Origin: Macrostomum lignano
Taxonomy: Eukaryota
Direction: 5' to 3'
Assembly (NCBI GenBank): GCA_002269645.1
Contig: NIVC01003213.1
Coordinates: forward strand, 1 to 64,000
Length of the DNA: 64,000 bases
Part shown: positions 9,229-21,373 of the stretch, in pieces
Numbering within the stretch: the first letter of the stretch is position 1
How the letters are laid out: each line of letters opens with the position of its first letter
Position numbers and translations under genes: made by a program
Notes under the pieces: model-generated
The model's input: only the letters and a program-made list of their open reading frames with translations
Database searches by the model: none
Told to the model about the DNA's origin: nothing

Positions 9229-10395
9229 TCAACGAGACACAAAAATAATGCTGTCATTTTCAATTTTCACAATATATCCTGCTCCAATTACTGGTGGCAG
9301 CACCAGTTGCAGTTGGTATCGAGGTACGACATTATTAGCCGCCTCAAATTCCCCGTCTCCCAATACCTCCATCAGGGAATCCAATCCAGCCGGTTCTTCA
9401 ATAATGTTTGGCTGAGCAATCTGTTCACCAATGTTATTGATGCTTGAAAGCTGCTCGCCGATGCCTGGAGGCTGCTGCTGCTGCTCGCTGATGCTAAGAG
9501 GCTGCTGTTGCTGCTTGCTGATGCTGGGAGGCTGCTGTTGCTGCTCGCCGATGCCTGGAGGCTGCTGCTGCTGCTCGCTGATGCTAGGAGGCTGCTCGCC
9601 GATGCCTGGAGGCTGCTGCTGCTGCTCGCTGATGCTAGGAGGCTGCTCACCGATGCCTGGAGGCTGCTGCTGCTGCTCGCTGATGCTAAGAGGCTGCTGT
9701 TGCTGCTCGCTGATGCTGGGAGGCTGCTGTTGCTGCTCGCCGATGCCTGGAGGCTGCTGCTGCTGCTCGCTGATGCTAGGAGGCTGCTGCTGCTGCCGCT
9801 CGCTGATGCTAAGAGGCTGCTCGCCGATGCATGGAGGCTGCTGCTGCTGCTGCTGCTCGCTGATGCTGGGAGGCTGCTCATTGTTGATAGCAATGTCGCT
9901 GTCCTCAGTCTCCTCATCGGTTGGCTCTTCGTACAGAAGGCTGTCGGGACTGTCCATGCGGATCTGCTTTCCTCTGATATCCGGGGGATGTCTAGCCGAC
10001 TGAGCAGCGAGTGGGCGTTGGAATTGTGACTGCTGCGGCTGCTCAACAAAGTCATCATCGCTGCTACAGCCGTCTCTAATTACACCGTTTATTAATTGGC
10101 TGAGAGCCTGTCGTGCAGCGGTTTGCTCTCCGGCTATTTGATGCGCTTTCTGCATAACTATGCGTCTTAAATTTTTCATTCCATTGTCTCCAGTAGGCAG
10201 CTGCTGATGCCCGCGGTGAGCTTTGAATTTTCCCGCTTTTCCTTCACGCTTCATTACAACGCCACACTGCCAGCAAACGTTGAAAGTGCTCTTGTTGCAC
10301 TCTTTGTGATGGCCAGGCTTTAAAAATCCAACAACGCACTTGTTGCAAGTTAGGCAGACTTCAAAGGTAGCATATGAGTCGCTAATCTTCTTCAT
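9229..10395 (-). CDS. Polinton accessory protein with an N-terminal Cys/His cluster and Gln/Pro-rich repeats
   Basis: 388-aa ATG ORF with CxxCxxC...HHxxC...CxxC...H..H at the N-terminus and (QQQQPPSISE/PPGIGE)n at 9430-9870. No family recognised. Confidence 0.55.
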   Translation of the reverse strand: MKKISDSYATFEVCLTCNKCVVGFLKPGHHKECNKSTFNVCWQCGVVMKREGKAGKFKAHRGHQQLPTGDNGMKNLRRIVMQKAHQIAGEQTAARQALSQLINGVIRDGCSSDDDFVEQPQQSQFQRPLAAQSARHPPDIRGKQIRMDSPDSLLYEEPTDEETEDSDIAINNEQPPSISEQQQQQQPPCIGEQPLSISERQQQQPPSISEQQQQPPGIGEQQQQPPSISEQQQQPLSISEQQQQPPGIGEQPPSISEQQQQPPGIGEQPPSISEQQQQPPGIGEQQQQPPSISKQQQQPLSISEQQQQPPGIGEQLSSINNIGEQIAQPNIIEEPAGLDSLMEVLGDGEFEAANNVVPRYQLQLVLPPVIGAGYIVKIENDSIIFVSR

Positions 10396-11528
10396 TGTTG
10401 CGGCGGAAGTGAGAATTCGGAAGACTGCAGTTATTTTTCACTTCATTTATATATATACAATTTGCGGAACACTGACCACTGAATACAGTACCCTCCAATC
10501 CCCATTAAATGTACATCATTATTTGTTCCCCACCAACCCCAATCCAGTTGTTCCTCAAACCGACCAATCCTCTCCAATCAGCATAAAATGTACATCATTA
10601 TTTGTTTCCACCAACCCCAATCCAGTTGTTCCTCAAACCGACCAATCGAACCCCCCTCCCTAATTTTCTTTCCAAGAACGGTGTACACAGCGCAGTTGTT
10701 GTGGTAGACTAGAAGAATAATAATAATTACTCGTACACGCCGATATTATTCTGGCGCAATAACAAACTTTGTGCTTAGTAGACCCCAGACCTTTATCTAA
10801 TAAAATTTCCCACAATATTTACTTTATATTAATTGGGCTTCGTTCTGTACCATAAACCGCCTATACAGTTGTAAAACTGAGATCAACGGAAGAGCCTAGC
10901 AGTGAGAGCGTCGTGAGCCCCAACTAGCTTTTATGATCCGAACACTGTATCATCCAACCCTTCCGATTTTCATACCTATATTTTTCCCTTTACACCGCCG
11001 GCAAGACTTGAACTAACCACAGCTCTGCCTAGCCCCTTATATCTCTCAGTGTACAATGGGGAGGGGGGGACATAGGTGCGTAGGCCTGCGCCATTGCTTA
11101 ACCAACCTCAGACACATACAACGCCTAATCCCCTCCTCTCGGATTTCCCCCATCCCACTTTCAAACCCAATGCAATAGGGCTCTATACTACCATGGCCCT
11201 CCTATCTCCGCAGTGCAAGTGCGGCAGAGTCTGGGTTTTTTGTGCGAATGGGTGCGAATAGCATCCTGGTCTTAAAAATCGCACCCTGAAATTTGACTCA
11301 GGGTGTGAAAAGCGCACCAGAATTTTTTGCAAGGATGTGATGCGGATTTCACAATTTAGTGTTATGTACGTCTTTAGTGTTATTAGTGTTAGACCAGTTT
11401 TTGTCTGCAGCAGTGCAGCGCATCCTGGTCTTGAAAATCGCACCCTGAAATCTAGCACAGGGTGCGAAATCGCACCCAAGTTATGGACGAAAAAACCCAG
11501 GGCAGAGTTGCATATGCGTTTCACCACT

Positions 11529-12253
11529 AGAGTTGAACAACTGTTTTAGAGCTCACCTCTCTGTCCCTGCACAGTGAAAGTGCGGCAGAGTTGAACAACT
11601 GTTTTAGAGCTCACCTCTCTGTCCCTGCACAGTGAAAGTGCGGCAGAGTTGAACAACTGTTTTAGAGCTCACCTCTCTGTCCCTGCACAGTGAAAGTGCG
11701 GCAGAGTTGAACAACTGTTTTAGAGCTCACCTCTCTGTCCCTGCACAGTGAAAGTGCGGCAGAGTTGAACAACTGTTTTAGAGCTCACCTCTCTGTCCCT
11801 GCACAGTGAAAGTGCGGCAGAGTTGAACAACTGTTTTAGAGCTCACCTCTCTGTCCCTGCACAGTGAAAGTGCGGCAGAGTTGAACAACTGTTTTAGAGC
11901 TCACCTCTCTGTCCCTGCACAGTGAAAGTGCGGCAGAGTTGAACAACTGTTTTAGAGCTCACCTCTCTGTCCCTGCACAGTGAAAGTGCGGCAGAGTTGA
12001 ACAACTGTTTTAGAGCTCACCTCTCTGTCCCTGCACAGTGAAAGTGCGGCAGAGTTGAACAACTGTTTTAGAGCTCACCTCTCTGTCCCTGCACAGTGAA
12101 AGTGCGGCAGAGTTGAACAACTGTTTTAGAGCTCACCTCTCTGTCCCTGCACAGTGAAAGTGCGGCAGAGTTGAACAACTGTTTTAGAGCTCACCTCTCT
12201 GTCCCTGCACAGTGAAAGTGCGGCAGAGTTGAACAACTGTTTTAGAGCTCACC
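11529..12253. repeat. 58-bp perfect tandem array, 12.5 units, in the Polinton subterminal region
   Basis: Unit agagttgaacaactgttttagagctcacctctctgtccctgcacagtgaaagtgcggc at 11529+58n, with no spacers. Confidence 0.97.
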
Positions 12254-12945
12254 AACCTCACCTCCACTTCAAACCCTACCCTTTCCACTCAAGCCCCGCA
12301 CCCGTTACAAAGTTTATTGCCCATTTATTAGAATTGCCAGAGGCAGACACCCAAGAAGACCAGAGCCTCTCTCTTATCTATTTCACTCCGCACTGACAAA
12401 TAGTGCGGCAGAGTTGCATAAGCATGCTATAGGATAAACACAGTGGGGCCGGGGGACGCCGAGGAGTTGCATAGGCCAGGCACAAATTGAGGTGGACGTT
12501 TCCACGCCATGCCTACCTTGTTTTTAATTTGTTTACTCTGCTATTCCAAAACCTTCCGATGCTTTGCTTTGCTACCTGCCTCCCCCAGTGCGGCAGAGTT
12601 GCATAAGCGTTTCACCACCCAGCCAATCACACCCACCCCATGCCCTTATTTCCATTGGCTATCTCAGCTGGCTCTTTTACGCCCTCCTATCCTTTTACAT
12701 TACCGCCTATCTCCGCAGTGCAAGTGCGGCAGAGTTGCATAAACTCATACTACTCTAGTTCAGTCCGAAAGTCTAGCGTTTTCTGGGGATCAAGGGTGCC
12801 CAGCGGTATCTAATCTACTTCCCTAATACCTAATCTCTTAATGCCTAATGTCTATTGTAAGCCTGTACGGCTTTCTTAGGGTCTGTACGACCTCGAGATT
12901 CCCCCTTTTTGGCCTCTGTCCTGGGTCTTTACGACCTCAAATTTT

Positions 12946-13128
12946 CCTATCTAGAGTCCTGGTTTTGGGTCTCCACGACCTCTGGTTTCCCTATCTAGAA
13001 TCCTGGTTTTGGGTCTCCACGACCTCTGGTTTCCCTATCTAGAATCCTGGTTTTGGGTCTCCACGACCTCTGGTTTCCCTATCTAGAATCCTGGTTTTGG
13101 GTCTCCACGACCTCTGGTTTCCCTATCT
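12946..13128. repeat. 44-bp tandem repeat, ~4 units
   Basis: cctatctagaatcctggttttgggtctccacgacctctggtttc at 12946, 12990, 13034 and 13078. Confidence 0.93.
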
Positions 13129-14068
13129 TATGAAAGAAATAACGAGATAAGTCTTAGCCAAATTTAGATTGGTTTCGCTAAAAGATTCTCGCAAGAATAG
13201 TTAAAAGCAAATATTGAGATCGAGCGCCGAGGTTATATTTTTTAGCGTTAACCTGATTCCTTTTATACAGAAAAATTTGGGCAAGGTGGGACGCATTTTA
13301 ACAATTACTAAAATTATAACAAAAGAATTTGATTTGTTTAGGAAATTTAAACAAATGGGAAGAAAATTTCTGATTGGCTGTGATTAAAACTCGGTTTAAC
13401 TACTGTTATAAGTAATATAAATAGTTTATAAGGATTCTGCCTCAAATATTTAATATTGAATAAATGAAATTATTTATTTATTAAATAATTTTTCATTATT
13501 TAGTAAATAAATATTCAAAAATAAATAAATAAATAAAACCACCACCGCAGAATGGTGGTTTTCATTTCTTATACATGCAGTTGACTGTGTAAAAGTGTAA
13601 CACAAGGATATCGATCGTCTTTCAACTTAAGTAGTCCTTGGCAAAAATAAGCGAAAAAAGTATTGATGAAATTAAAAATATACATGAAAATAATTACGAT
13701 TCAATAAAAATTTGATCTATGCAAATTATTTGACTGCTTGGAGTTCAAGGATTTTTTTTCTATGCCGACGGTAAATAGAGAGTGATCTGACTACTTTTAG
13801 TAGTGGGAACAGCAGCTGCAATGGATCGACTTGCATTAAATTCTTCTACATTTAGCTACATGTAACATTTTCTAAAAGATTATTTAATTGTTGGTTATCA
13901 ATTTTTAAAGAGATATTCGGTGGTCTTCTTCAAAGGCCGCTTGAAATTTTAAAACAGTTTCAAGAAATCTTCAAGACACAAACGCTGTTACTAGTAAACT
14001 CTGCATTATCTTCCTGATAGTATCTTATAGCACTGAGTCGAGGGCACTCGGAAAATGTTCTGGCGTCT

Positions 14069-14355
14069 CTGGTGCTAAAGCCCCTGCTGCTACAGCCCCT
14101 GCTGCTACAGCCCCTGGGGCTAAAGCCCCTTGGTGCTAAAGCCCCTTGGTGCTAAAGCCCCTTGGTGCTAAAGCCCCTTGGTGCTAAAGCCCCTTGGTGC
14201 TAAAGCCCCTTGGTGCTAAAGCCCCTTGGTGCTAAAGCCCCTTGGTGCTAAAGCCCCTTGGTGCTAAAGCCCCTGGTGCTAAAGCCCCTGGAGCTAAAGC
14301 CCCTGGTGCTAAAGCCCCTGGTGCTAAAGCCCCTGCTGCTACAGCCCCTGGTGCG
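14069..14355. repeat. 15/16-bp minisatellite (ggtgctaaagcccct[t])
   Basis: Direct reading. The ORFs called across it are repeat translations. Confidence 0.9.
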
Positions 14356-15011
14356 AAAAGCCCAAAGCTGCTTGTGCTACGACAATAAGCTAGCAAGAAA
14401 AGCATCCAGTCCATGTTTATTCAGAGCAGCCTTGCAAAGACAAAATTTCGTGTTTTACAAGTTTTTTCTTTAGCCAAGTCTTCAACTAGGAGGTTTCACT
14501 TTTCATTTTCACAGCCGGTTTGGCATGCACAGCAAATATGACACACGAGCAGCCAAAAAAACACATTAAATGTAAAGTATAGGCCTAGTATCCATGAACT
14601 GCACTTACTGCAATGTGTGAAAGCACACACTGAAAGAGCTTCCTTCAACCGAGCCAGGTTGAAAGCTACAACAGCTTTGGGTATGCCATCACCCTGTCGT
14701 CTCTTCCTAATGCCCATTTTTTCAACATCTTGCATTCTCTCATTGGGCCGTCCAACTTCGTAGCCAGTTAAGTGTTTGTCGCCGGGAAGTTTTTCTGGTT
14801 ATAGTGTAAATAGGGATTTTCGGCCTAGCTCATTCAGCCCATGAAATATACATGAGTCCATTGCTGCTGAAAAATTGTGCCTCACATTGAAATTGAAGCA
14901 AGCCCTAGTGGCAACGCACTGGCAATCTTTTTGATTAAGAAAGAACCGTTCTATATAGGCTTTAGATTGCCAGTAACAAATTCTTTCAACAATCCATTTG
15001 TGTGCAGCGAA

Positions 15012-18000
15012 ATGGCCTGTAAAACTGCAGTCATCACAACGGTTGCCTTGCTCTTGTGTCTGACGCTAGTTGCTGGTAACTATACCGGTATTTTAATTTT
15101 TCACATACTGTATACAGGCCATAAAGTAGTGCATGTAAAATTCATGGTGGTGATGGAAGTTACATCTAGGCGGGACTCATCTCCACTTTACTCCGCAGGT
15201 GCCACGCGTTAGCCATGAAGTAGGCATGAACTTTATAACTGGCATTGATTTTTCTGAATACAGTGTAGTCAAGGCTGTGGGATTCTATCCCCGATCTTGC
15301 GTTCAAAGCGTTCATTCCAATGTTCATCTTTCGATATGTCCTGCCTTTCTAAGAGATCTAGTGTCGCATTCATAGAACTTTTCGTTAGGAAAATTTAGGA
15401 TTCCATATTAATTTTATATCCTACATACATGTACTGTTGCCTAAAAATCATAAAAATGGAATAGCTCGTACAAAGGACCAATTTTGTTGGGCAAACCAGT
15501 AAAATCAATAGACAGAAGGTATCTGGGTCAGAAGGGTTCGTTAAATTATTTTTAAATTGAATGTAAACGGATTTTTTGAACGATGATCCCTTTTGTTATG
15601 ATAGAATTGTTTAGATTTTCATTAACGGATGCCTGTAACACTGCTCATTTGTGCATTAAAAGTTTCTGAATCTTCAGTTGTCAGTTAGCTTGAACCGAAA
15701 ATTTCTGAAAGAAGCTTAGCTCACTGCCTGAAAACGTTTTTTGAGTTAGGTGAATTACATGTAAGAAGAAGAGTCACAGCCATAGTAACACGGAGAATGC
15801 TTTTGAATGCATTTTCATTTGCCCCAAGTAATTGGCATTTTGTTCATTACTACAGAGAGCTGGCACACAATGCTAAAATTGTAGGCAAGACAGGATGCAA
15901 TAGCGTTTTTGAGGTGGAAGCCAAACAGCTAATTAGTATAAAGCTAGACTGTCCCAGCAGCTGCAAGTAAAATACCTTTTGTCTTTTTGTCAAAGTAATG
16001 AGAAAAGCATTCGCTAAACTTGCAGCAGACAACACTTGCCGGTGGCAGTCTTCCTGTAATTCTAGCCTATAGCATCATCAATTTTTAATTGTCTTGCTAA
16101 CAAGCCTCCCTCAACTTCCCCTCAACATTAAGGGTTGCTCATGGATTCAAAGGATTTACCTTTGGGAGCTAATTGAGCTGTCATCAAAAATTGGATGACA
16201 AACAGCATCTACTAAATGTTAGCAAGATTAACCACATCATTTTTTCCTTGACTAGCCCCTGGACACGCAGTGGAGCGTCTAAAATACTTCTAAAATAAAA
16301 TATGGATGTTAACTACGATTTTTTGAATTCATCAAACAGCTACTACATTCAAAAGAAATACCTTTATTACACAGCTGTGCAGCATGTCTCTGACTTCGAA
16401 CTGGTGTTTGTTGGCAAGAACAAATCGGCCCAGACATCATCGAGGTACTCGGGCACGGCGGACCCCATCCATGTCAACGATGGTGTCACCAATAGATACA
16501 TGATTCATTCAGCAGCTGGAGACCCAATGCCGTGGGTGATGCTGGACATGGATCAGCCGCACGCCGTGTTCGGTGCTCGTGTCTGGAACCGGCTTGACAA
16601 CACCTGGAACGAAAGATTTACGCAGATCAGCTTTGGTGAGTGAAGTTGGTCTTTAGTCTTTGCTTATTGTCTTGATTTGGACCTAATCTATTTGTACTTA
16701 CTTAAGTACTCTAATTCCCTCCGCCCTGCCAAAAACTCCGGCCAGGTAATTAAGCTACCTGGTGTTGTGTCGTGTAACTTGACGGGTCAACTAAATGATA
16801 ATATTGTTACGCTGAGATTTCTAATATAGTATGGTATAACGTAACTGCTAACTATATTATTATTACTGTATTTTACTTATACTGCCACTTTCAGTAGAGT
16901 AGTTGATAAATTGTCCGTATAATGTATTATTTATTGATCACGTGATATCTCTGGCTCTTTAATTTATCGATCGTGTAGTTTTCTAGTGTGGACAGAATAT
17001 CGATCATGTAGTTTTTCTAAGGTGACTAAAATATAAATAAAGCAACTGTGCGCAACTGGCACTTTACTTTCAACTACAACTGGAAACCTCAAGTCTTGGC
17101 TACACAACAACTGGCGACGAGGATCGACTAAGATGGCTCTCAACGTTAGCCCACCTGCACCATTTCTGCCAACAAGCGGATCACCGGCGGTCCCATGGAA
17201 CAGATGGCTGGACGCATTCGACTTCTATTGCCAAGCAGCCAAAATCTGGACACCCCGACCGGCAGGAGAAGAAGCCCCGACTGATGAGGCTACGCGACTG
17301 GTGACAGTGTGCAGGAACCATCTACTGCACTTCTCGGCTTCGAGGGGCAGCGGATTGCAAGGGCCCGAAACGCGATTGTCGACGGTCATACCTTTTGGCA
17401 AACCCCGATCAGCTGACGACGGTATTTGGTGACCGACCAAATGTGATGTTGGCGCGTCATCGATTCAGGGAGCGACAGCAGCTGCCGGGCGAAGACGCAG
17501 TCACGTTCGTCGCAGCGCTACGAGAGCTATCAGCCACGTGCAGCTACGGACCTCTGGCAGACGAAATGATCCGCGACCAGCTTGCCCATAAGACCAGCAG
17601 CACTCGAATACGCGAGCGTCTTCTGACGGAGGACGCCGCCAGGCTGACACTAGAGCAAGCAGTTGTCATCGCGACTACGATCGAGGACGCGGCGGCAGGC
17701 AGCAAGGCGATGGCGGCGACCAGCTCCTTTGGAAGCGTCCAGACGGTGCGGCAGGCAGCGAGGCGACAGGGCCCCGGCAGCGCTCCGCCAGACAGCAGGT
17801 CGCAGCATTCAGCCAAAAGCTCCTGCACCCGATGCGGACGGAGCCACGAGGCCAAGGCGAAGTGTCCCGCGCACGGCAAGAAATTCAACAATTGCGGGGA
17901 TTTGAACCACTTCAGTCGATGCTGCCGCAGCAAGGCACTCCAAGTCAGCGCAGACGAGACGGTCATGATCTAAGCGGTGCATGGCAGCGACGAGATCCGA

Positions 18001-19733
18001 GTCGAGCTTCAGCTGGGCACCTGCTCGAAGACTGTCAGCCTGATGGTCGACTGCCGCGCCAAAGTTTCTCTGCTCAACGAGGCTACGGCGAGAAGTCTGA
18101 GCGACATCAATCTAAAGCCATCGACAGTACAGCCACGAGCTTACGGCGGGAAGAAGATCGCCGTCGCGGGGCTCGCAACAGTCTGCGTCAAGTACTGCAG
18201 CCAAGAACTGCAACACGACTTTCACGTCACTAGGTCGGGCGAAAATATCGTCGGCCGCGATCTGATGCAGAAGCTGGGCATCCAAGTGCGACTCCAGCCT
18301 CACGATGCCAACATCGGAATTGCCAACGTGGACATCGCCAGCGAGTTCCCAGCTGTCTTAAAGCTGTCTTAACGCCCTTAAAGCATGGGTATTAATGTAC
18401 TATTAATTTAGTAAACGCTTAACGTAACAAGTTTCAGGAGGCGAAAATATTTAGGATGAGAAAACAAACTGAATGTTGAATTTGATTTTGAACATTATTA
18501 TTGCAAATTTATTAAGGAAAATGATGTTTAAAGCAAAATGCTTCCGCTATGAAATTCAGCTACCTAGCCTAAGATATCAGCATCCTATTTGAGCTTTTGC
18601 TCAAGGCTTCTGATCGAGCAACCCACCATGAGCCACAGCACTTCAGCAATCAAACCATGGTTCGTTACACCTCCCAATAAGCCTTGATATCTCAGCAATT
18701 GGTAGAGGCTACAGCCTAGTGGTCAGAGCGTCGGACTCACGACTGAAAGGTTAGGGGTTCGATTCGCGATCCACTCGGAACGATTTGTGTCCTCGAGCAA
18801 GACACCTAACTCTGCATTGCTTCAGTTCACCCAGCTGTAAAATGGGTGCCAGCATTAGCTGGGGTAAATTGGTAATTTAGTGTGTGTGATGACCCCCCGG
18901 TCCTTGGACTGAACAGCCGTACGCAGCCTTCAGGTAATAGTGACCGTACAGTTTCAAAAGCTACTTGCAGTTTATTAAAGAGTTTATTCCTTTCTTTGTT
19001 GCCTCCCGGGGGCGAAGGTTGCTAGTTTACAGCTAAAATAATTTCTGGGTATCGAGTTGAACTCGTTAGAGACATGTTTCAGAATAAGTGCTAAGATATG
19101 AATTTTCAACTTTCGGTTGCCTGCCTACCTAACCTATTTAATTTCTTTTTAAGACTTTGAAGTTGTCGCTATCCCACCTCTGCCACCACAGGTGTGACAA
19201 ACAACCCCGCCGTGTGGACTGCATTCAATTCACACCTGTTTCAACTGTGCTTCTACTACACGGATGTGCCCACTGTTGCTGACAACCCGATCAAAGTCAA
19301 CTGTTCCAAGCCCATTGTGGGCAGGTATTTCGCTATTTACAAGAACATTACTGGACTCTCTTCATCGCAACAGTACATCAACATATTTGAGATTGATATC
19401 TTAGCAAGTGAGCACCTCTGAAGATTGTAAATCCAGTTTGCTTTGCTGTAGCTAACGAATCCAAAATATTTGTTTTCAGTGGCTAAGGGAGCCTCCCTGT
19501 GCGTCAGCAGTGCTCAGTCCAGCTTCCCAGCTGCATCAAGCGCCCTCCTGACCCGATGGTCCGGCCTGAAGAGCCCTCGGCTGGACTGCATCTTCAAGTG
19601 CACGGCGCAGCCGGCCTGCCTGTTCGCTTTGGTCATTCCTGGAAACGGCGACTGCCTTCTGTTCGGACCGAGCGGGGGTCTGGCCGGCTTCATCGGCGGC
19701 AGCTGCTTCCGCTGCGTCGCCGTTCTTGAGTAG
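15012..19733 (+). CDS. Secreted F-type-lectin (fucolectin/F5-8C)-like protein with a C-terminal PAN/apple-like domain; exons 15012-15075, 16375-16635, 19192-19407, 19480-19733
   Basis: All GT-AG junctions are phase 1 and join in frame. Signal peptide MACKTAVITTVALLLCLTLVA; H...PW..LD...NRLD....R lectin-like motif; C..PIVGRY; C-x3-C-x4-C...C PAN-like tail. Confidence 0.75.
16763..18372 (+). mobile_element. Truncated, decayed Ty3/gypsy LTR retrotransposon (5' LTR, PBS, gag, protease) in intron 2 of the lectin gene
   Basis: LTR 16763-17109 bounded by tgttgtgt/acacaaca. PBS at 17112. gag starts MALNVSPPAPF...PWNRWLDAF, with frameshifts and a degenerate CCHC knuckle pair; the protease motif is degraded (LMVDCRAKVSLL). 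The element stops before RT. Confidence 0.85.
17112..17124 (+). promoter_or_regulatory. Primer-binding site, complementary to the tRNA-Ser(GCU) 3' end
   Basis: TGGCGACGAGGAT lies 2 nt after the LTR end and is complementary to the ...ATCCTCGTCGCCA end of metazoan tRNA-Ser(GCU), as recalled from knowledge. Confidence 0.75.
18705..18960 (+). mobile_element. tRNA-derived CORE-type SINE
   Basis: A-box (agcctagtggtcagagcg) and B-box (ggttcgattc, 18756-18765), then tgtgtcctcgagcaagacacctaactct...cttcagttcacccagctgtaaaatggg, which aligns with the MIR/CORE consensus. The 3' boundary is approximate. Confidence 0.75.
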
Positions 19734-21373
19734 TTCTTGGCAGCGTCTGAGTAGTCTGCGAAGATGAACGCAATTTTAAGTTCTAAAACATTAGTTGTGT
19801 CCCTCTATCATTGTCAAGACCTTATTTTTTTATTGGGCTGGGCTAAGGCCCCCTACTTGTCAAGACCTTAATTTTTGTGTTTATTTTTGCTTTTTTAAAT
19901 CTAAAAGGGAGTCTGACATGGAATCATCTTGTCACAATCAGCAGTTTCTTTCTGCCGGATCCCACTTTTGTATGGCAATGAGCATAGAGTCTTACATCCA
20001 ATTCGACGTACAACCTCTATACGCCTGTCTGAGGGGGCCTAGCCCCAGTGATCCAGCGCGGCACTCTGTGCTTGTGTGCCTGCTCAGGGGAGTCGGCGGA
20101 ATGGGCAGTAATGCCTCTCGCCGGTTGTGTGCCAATGTCGCTTAAAATGCGCCAGGGTGCACACAACCCCCCTGCCTCTAATATGAAAACGCATGTCCGA
20201 GGTTCAACTAGATGATGGGATTTTCTCCTTTAACGATCAGATAAAACCACTTCCTTCTACGGATGAAGCTGATGTCCCTTAAAACTTGAAGTTATTTACA
20301 ACTCAACCTACTAATTAATTATAGTTTTTAGTGAAGTTTACTGCTCTGTTGACATCTTTTGGTATCTTTCGACAAGGTAATTCTTGTAGTCTCGTCTAGC
20401 AGTTTCTAGTAGGATTTTCAACCTTATTGTTTTATAATACATGCACTTTAGGCCTACAGTGGCTTTGCAGCATGTGTATCAACATTGCTTTTGGTTAATT
20501 CTTTTTTACTAACGATGCAGACAAAACTACAACTGACAATATTCTATTTGAAGACAATGCAGCTTTGGTTAGAAGAATTGAAGCTAAAATCGATTATACG
20601 ACTCCCCTCGTCTCGTCGGAAAAAGTACAAATCAAGAAAGATGATAAGTAGTTACAGCACATTTGGTTTGATTGAAGAGAAAAGTTACCGAAGATGATCT
20701 TAACGCATCACGATCGTTACATTCAAGTAAGTTTGTTATAAATCATCGAATTTTTATATTTAGCGATCATTGTTTAGTGAAATCATTAAAACGACACGAG
20801 ATAACATGTAGTCTGTAAAAGTCCTTAGTCACATTGAAACTGTATTTGATCCGTCAGATTTATCTTGGAATATGGGTCCTATCTGGACCAGACGTAGCGG
20901 ACAAAGTGATCCGGACGAAAATTCATTAGACGAAATACCCTAAACCCAATGGTACTCAAATCATTGCTCTCATTGAAGTTATGCATTGCAGTACATTGCT
21001 AGAAGGAGCTTCTGTTTCTATACTTCATTGCATTTGTTGCAAGCGTCCTTTGTTTAGTTGAATTCAATTTACACAGTAAAATCATTTACCTATTTTGCAT
21101 TTGCTAGATGTTATACTATCAGTAGTCAATAAAGTTCCACAATCAAGACAATCAAAAGTACATGTTGCTTTTCATTGATTATTTTTATTACACGATAAAA
21201 TGAATGAGTTATGAACATATAGGCACTAGAGACAGTGTAGTGATTTTGGGGTTTTATAGACTTTTCTGTGAGCCCTCGTATAATTATAGTCAGTATTACA
21301 CAACCGTTTGGAATCATATAGCAAAAATCGTTATTTTCTTCATTGTAACTGCTTTATCAGACGCTGCCAAGAA

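Larger units (their letters stand above)
1..12754. mobile_element. Polinton/Maverick (adintovirus-like) element, right portion; left end and integrase lie outside the window or are absent
   Basis: Clustered MCP C-terminus, adenain-like protease, A32-like ATPase and protein-primed PolB. The repeat-rich subterminal region at 10.4-12.75 kb ends in ...CATACTACT (reverse complement AGTAGTATG...), which resembles the AGT-type Polinton terminus. The right boundary is tentative. Confidence 0.93.

Noticed and set aside
11529-12253. CRISPR-like array; each unit contains GTTTTAGAGCT, identical to the start of the S. pyogenes type II repeat/sgRNA scaffold
   Set aside because: Units are identical head to tail with no unique spacers, there are no cas genes, and the context is eukaryotic. 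An 11-nt match is best explained as chance.
13535-13562. 10-bp stem hairpin (aaaaccacca/tggtggtttt) resembling a rho-independent terminator or Helitron 3' hairpin
   Set aside because: Eukaryotic DNA, no adjacent gene, and no CTRR end downstream; no function can be supported.
14496-14800. Minus-strand ORF fragment with C-x4-C-x2-C (…CAFTHCSKCSSW…), a possible transposase or gene remnant
   Set aside because: Too short, no recognisable family and no supported splice structure.
18705-18780. tRNA-like sequence with A and B boxes
   Set aside because: No clean acceptor stem, and it is followed by a CORE domain. Called as a SINE head, not a tRNA gene.
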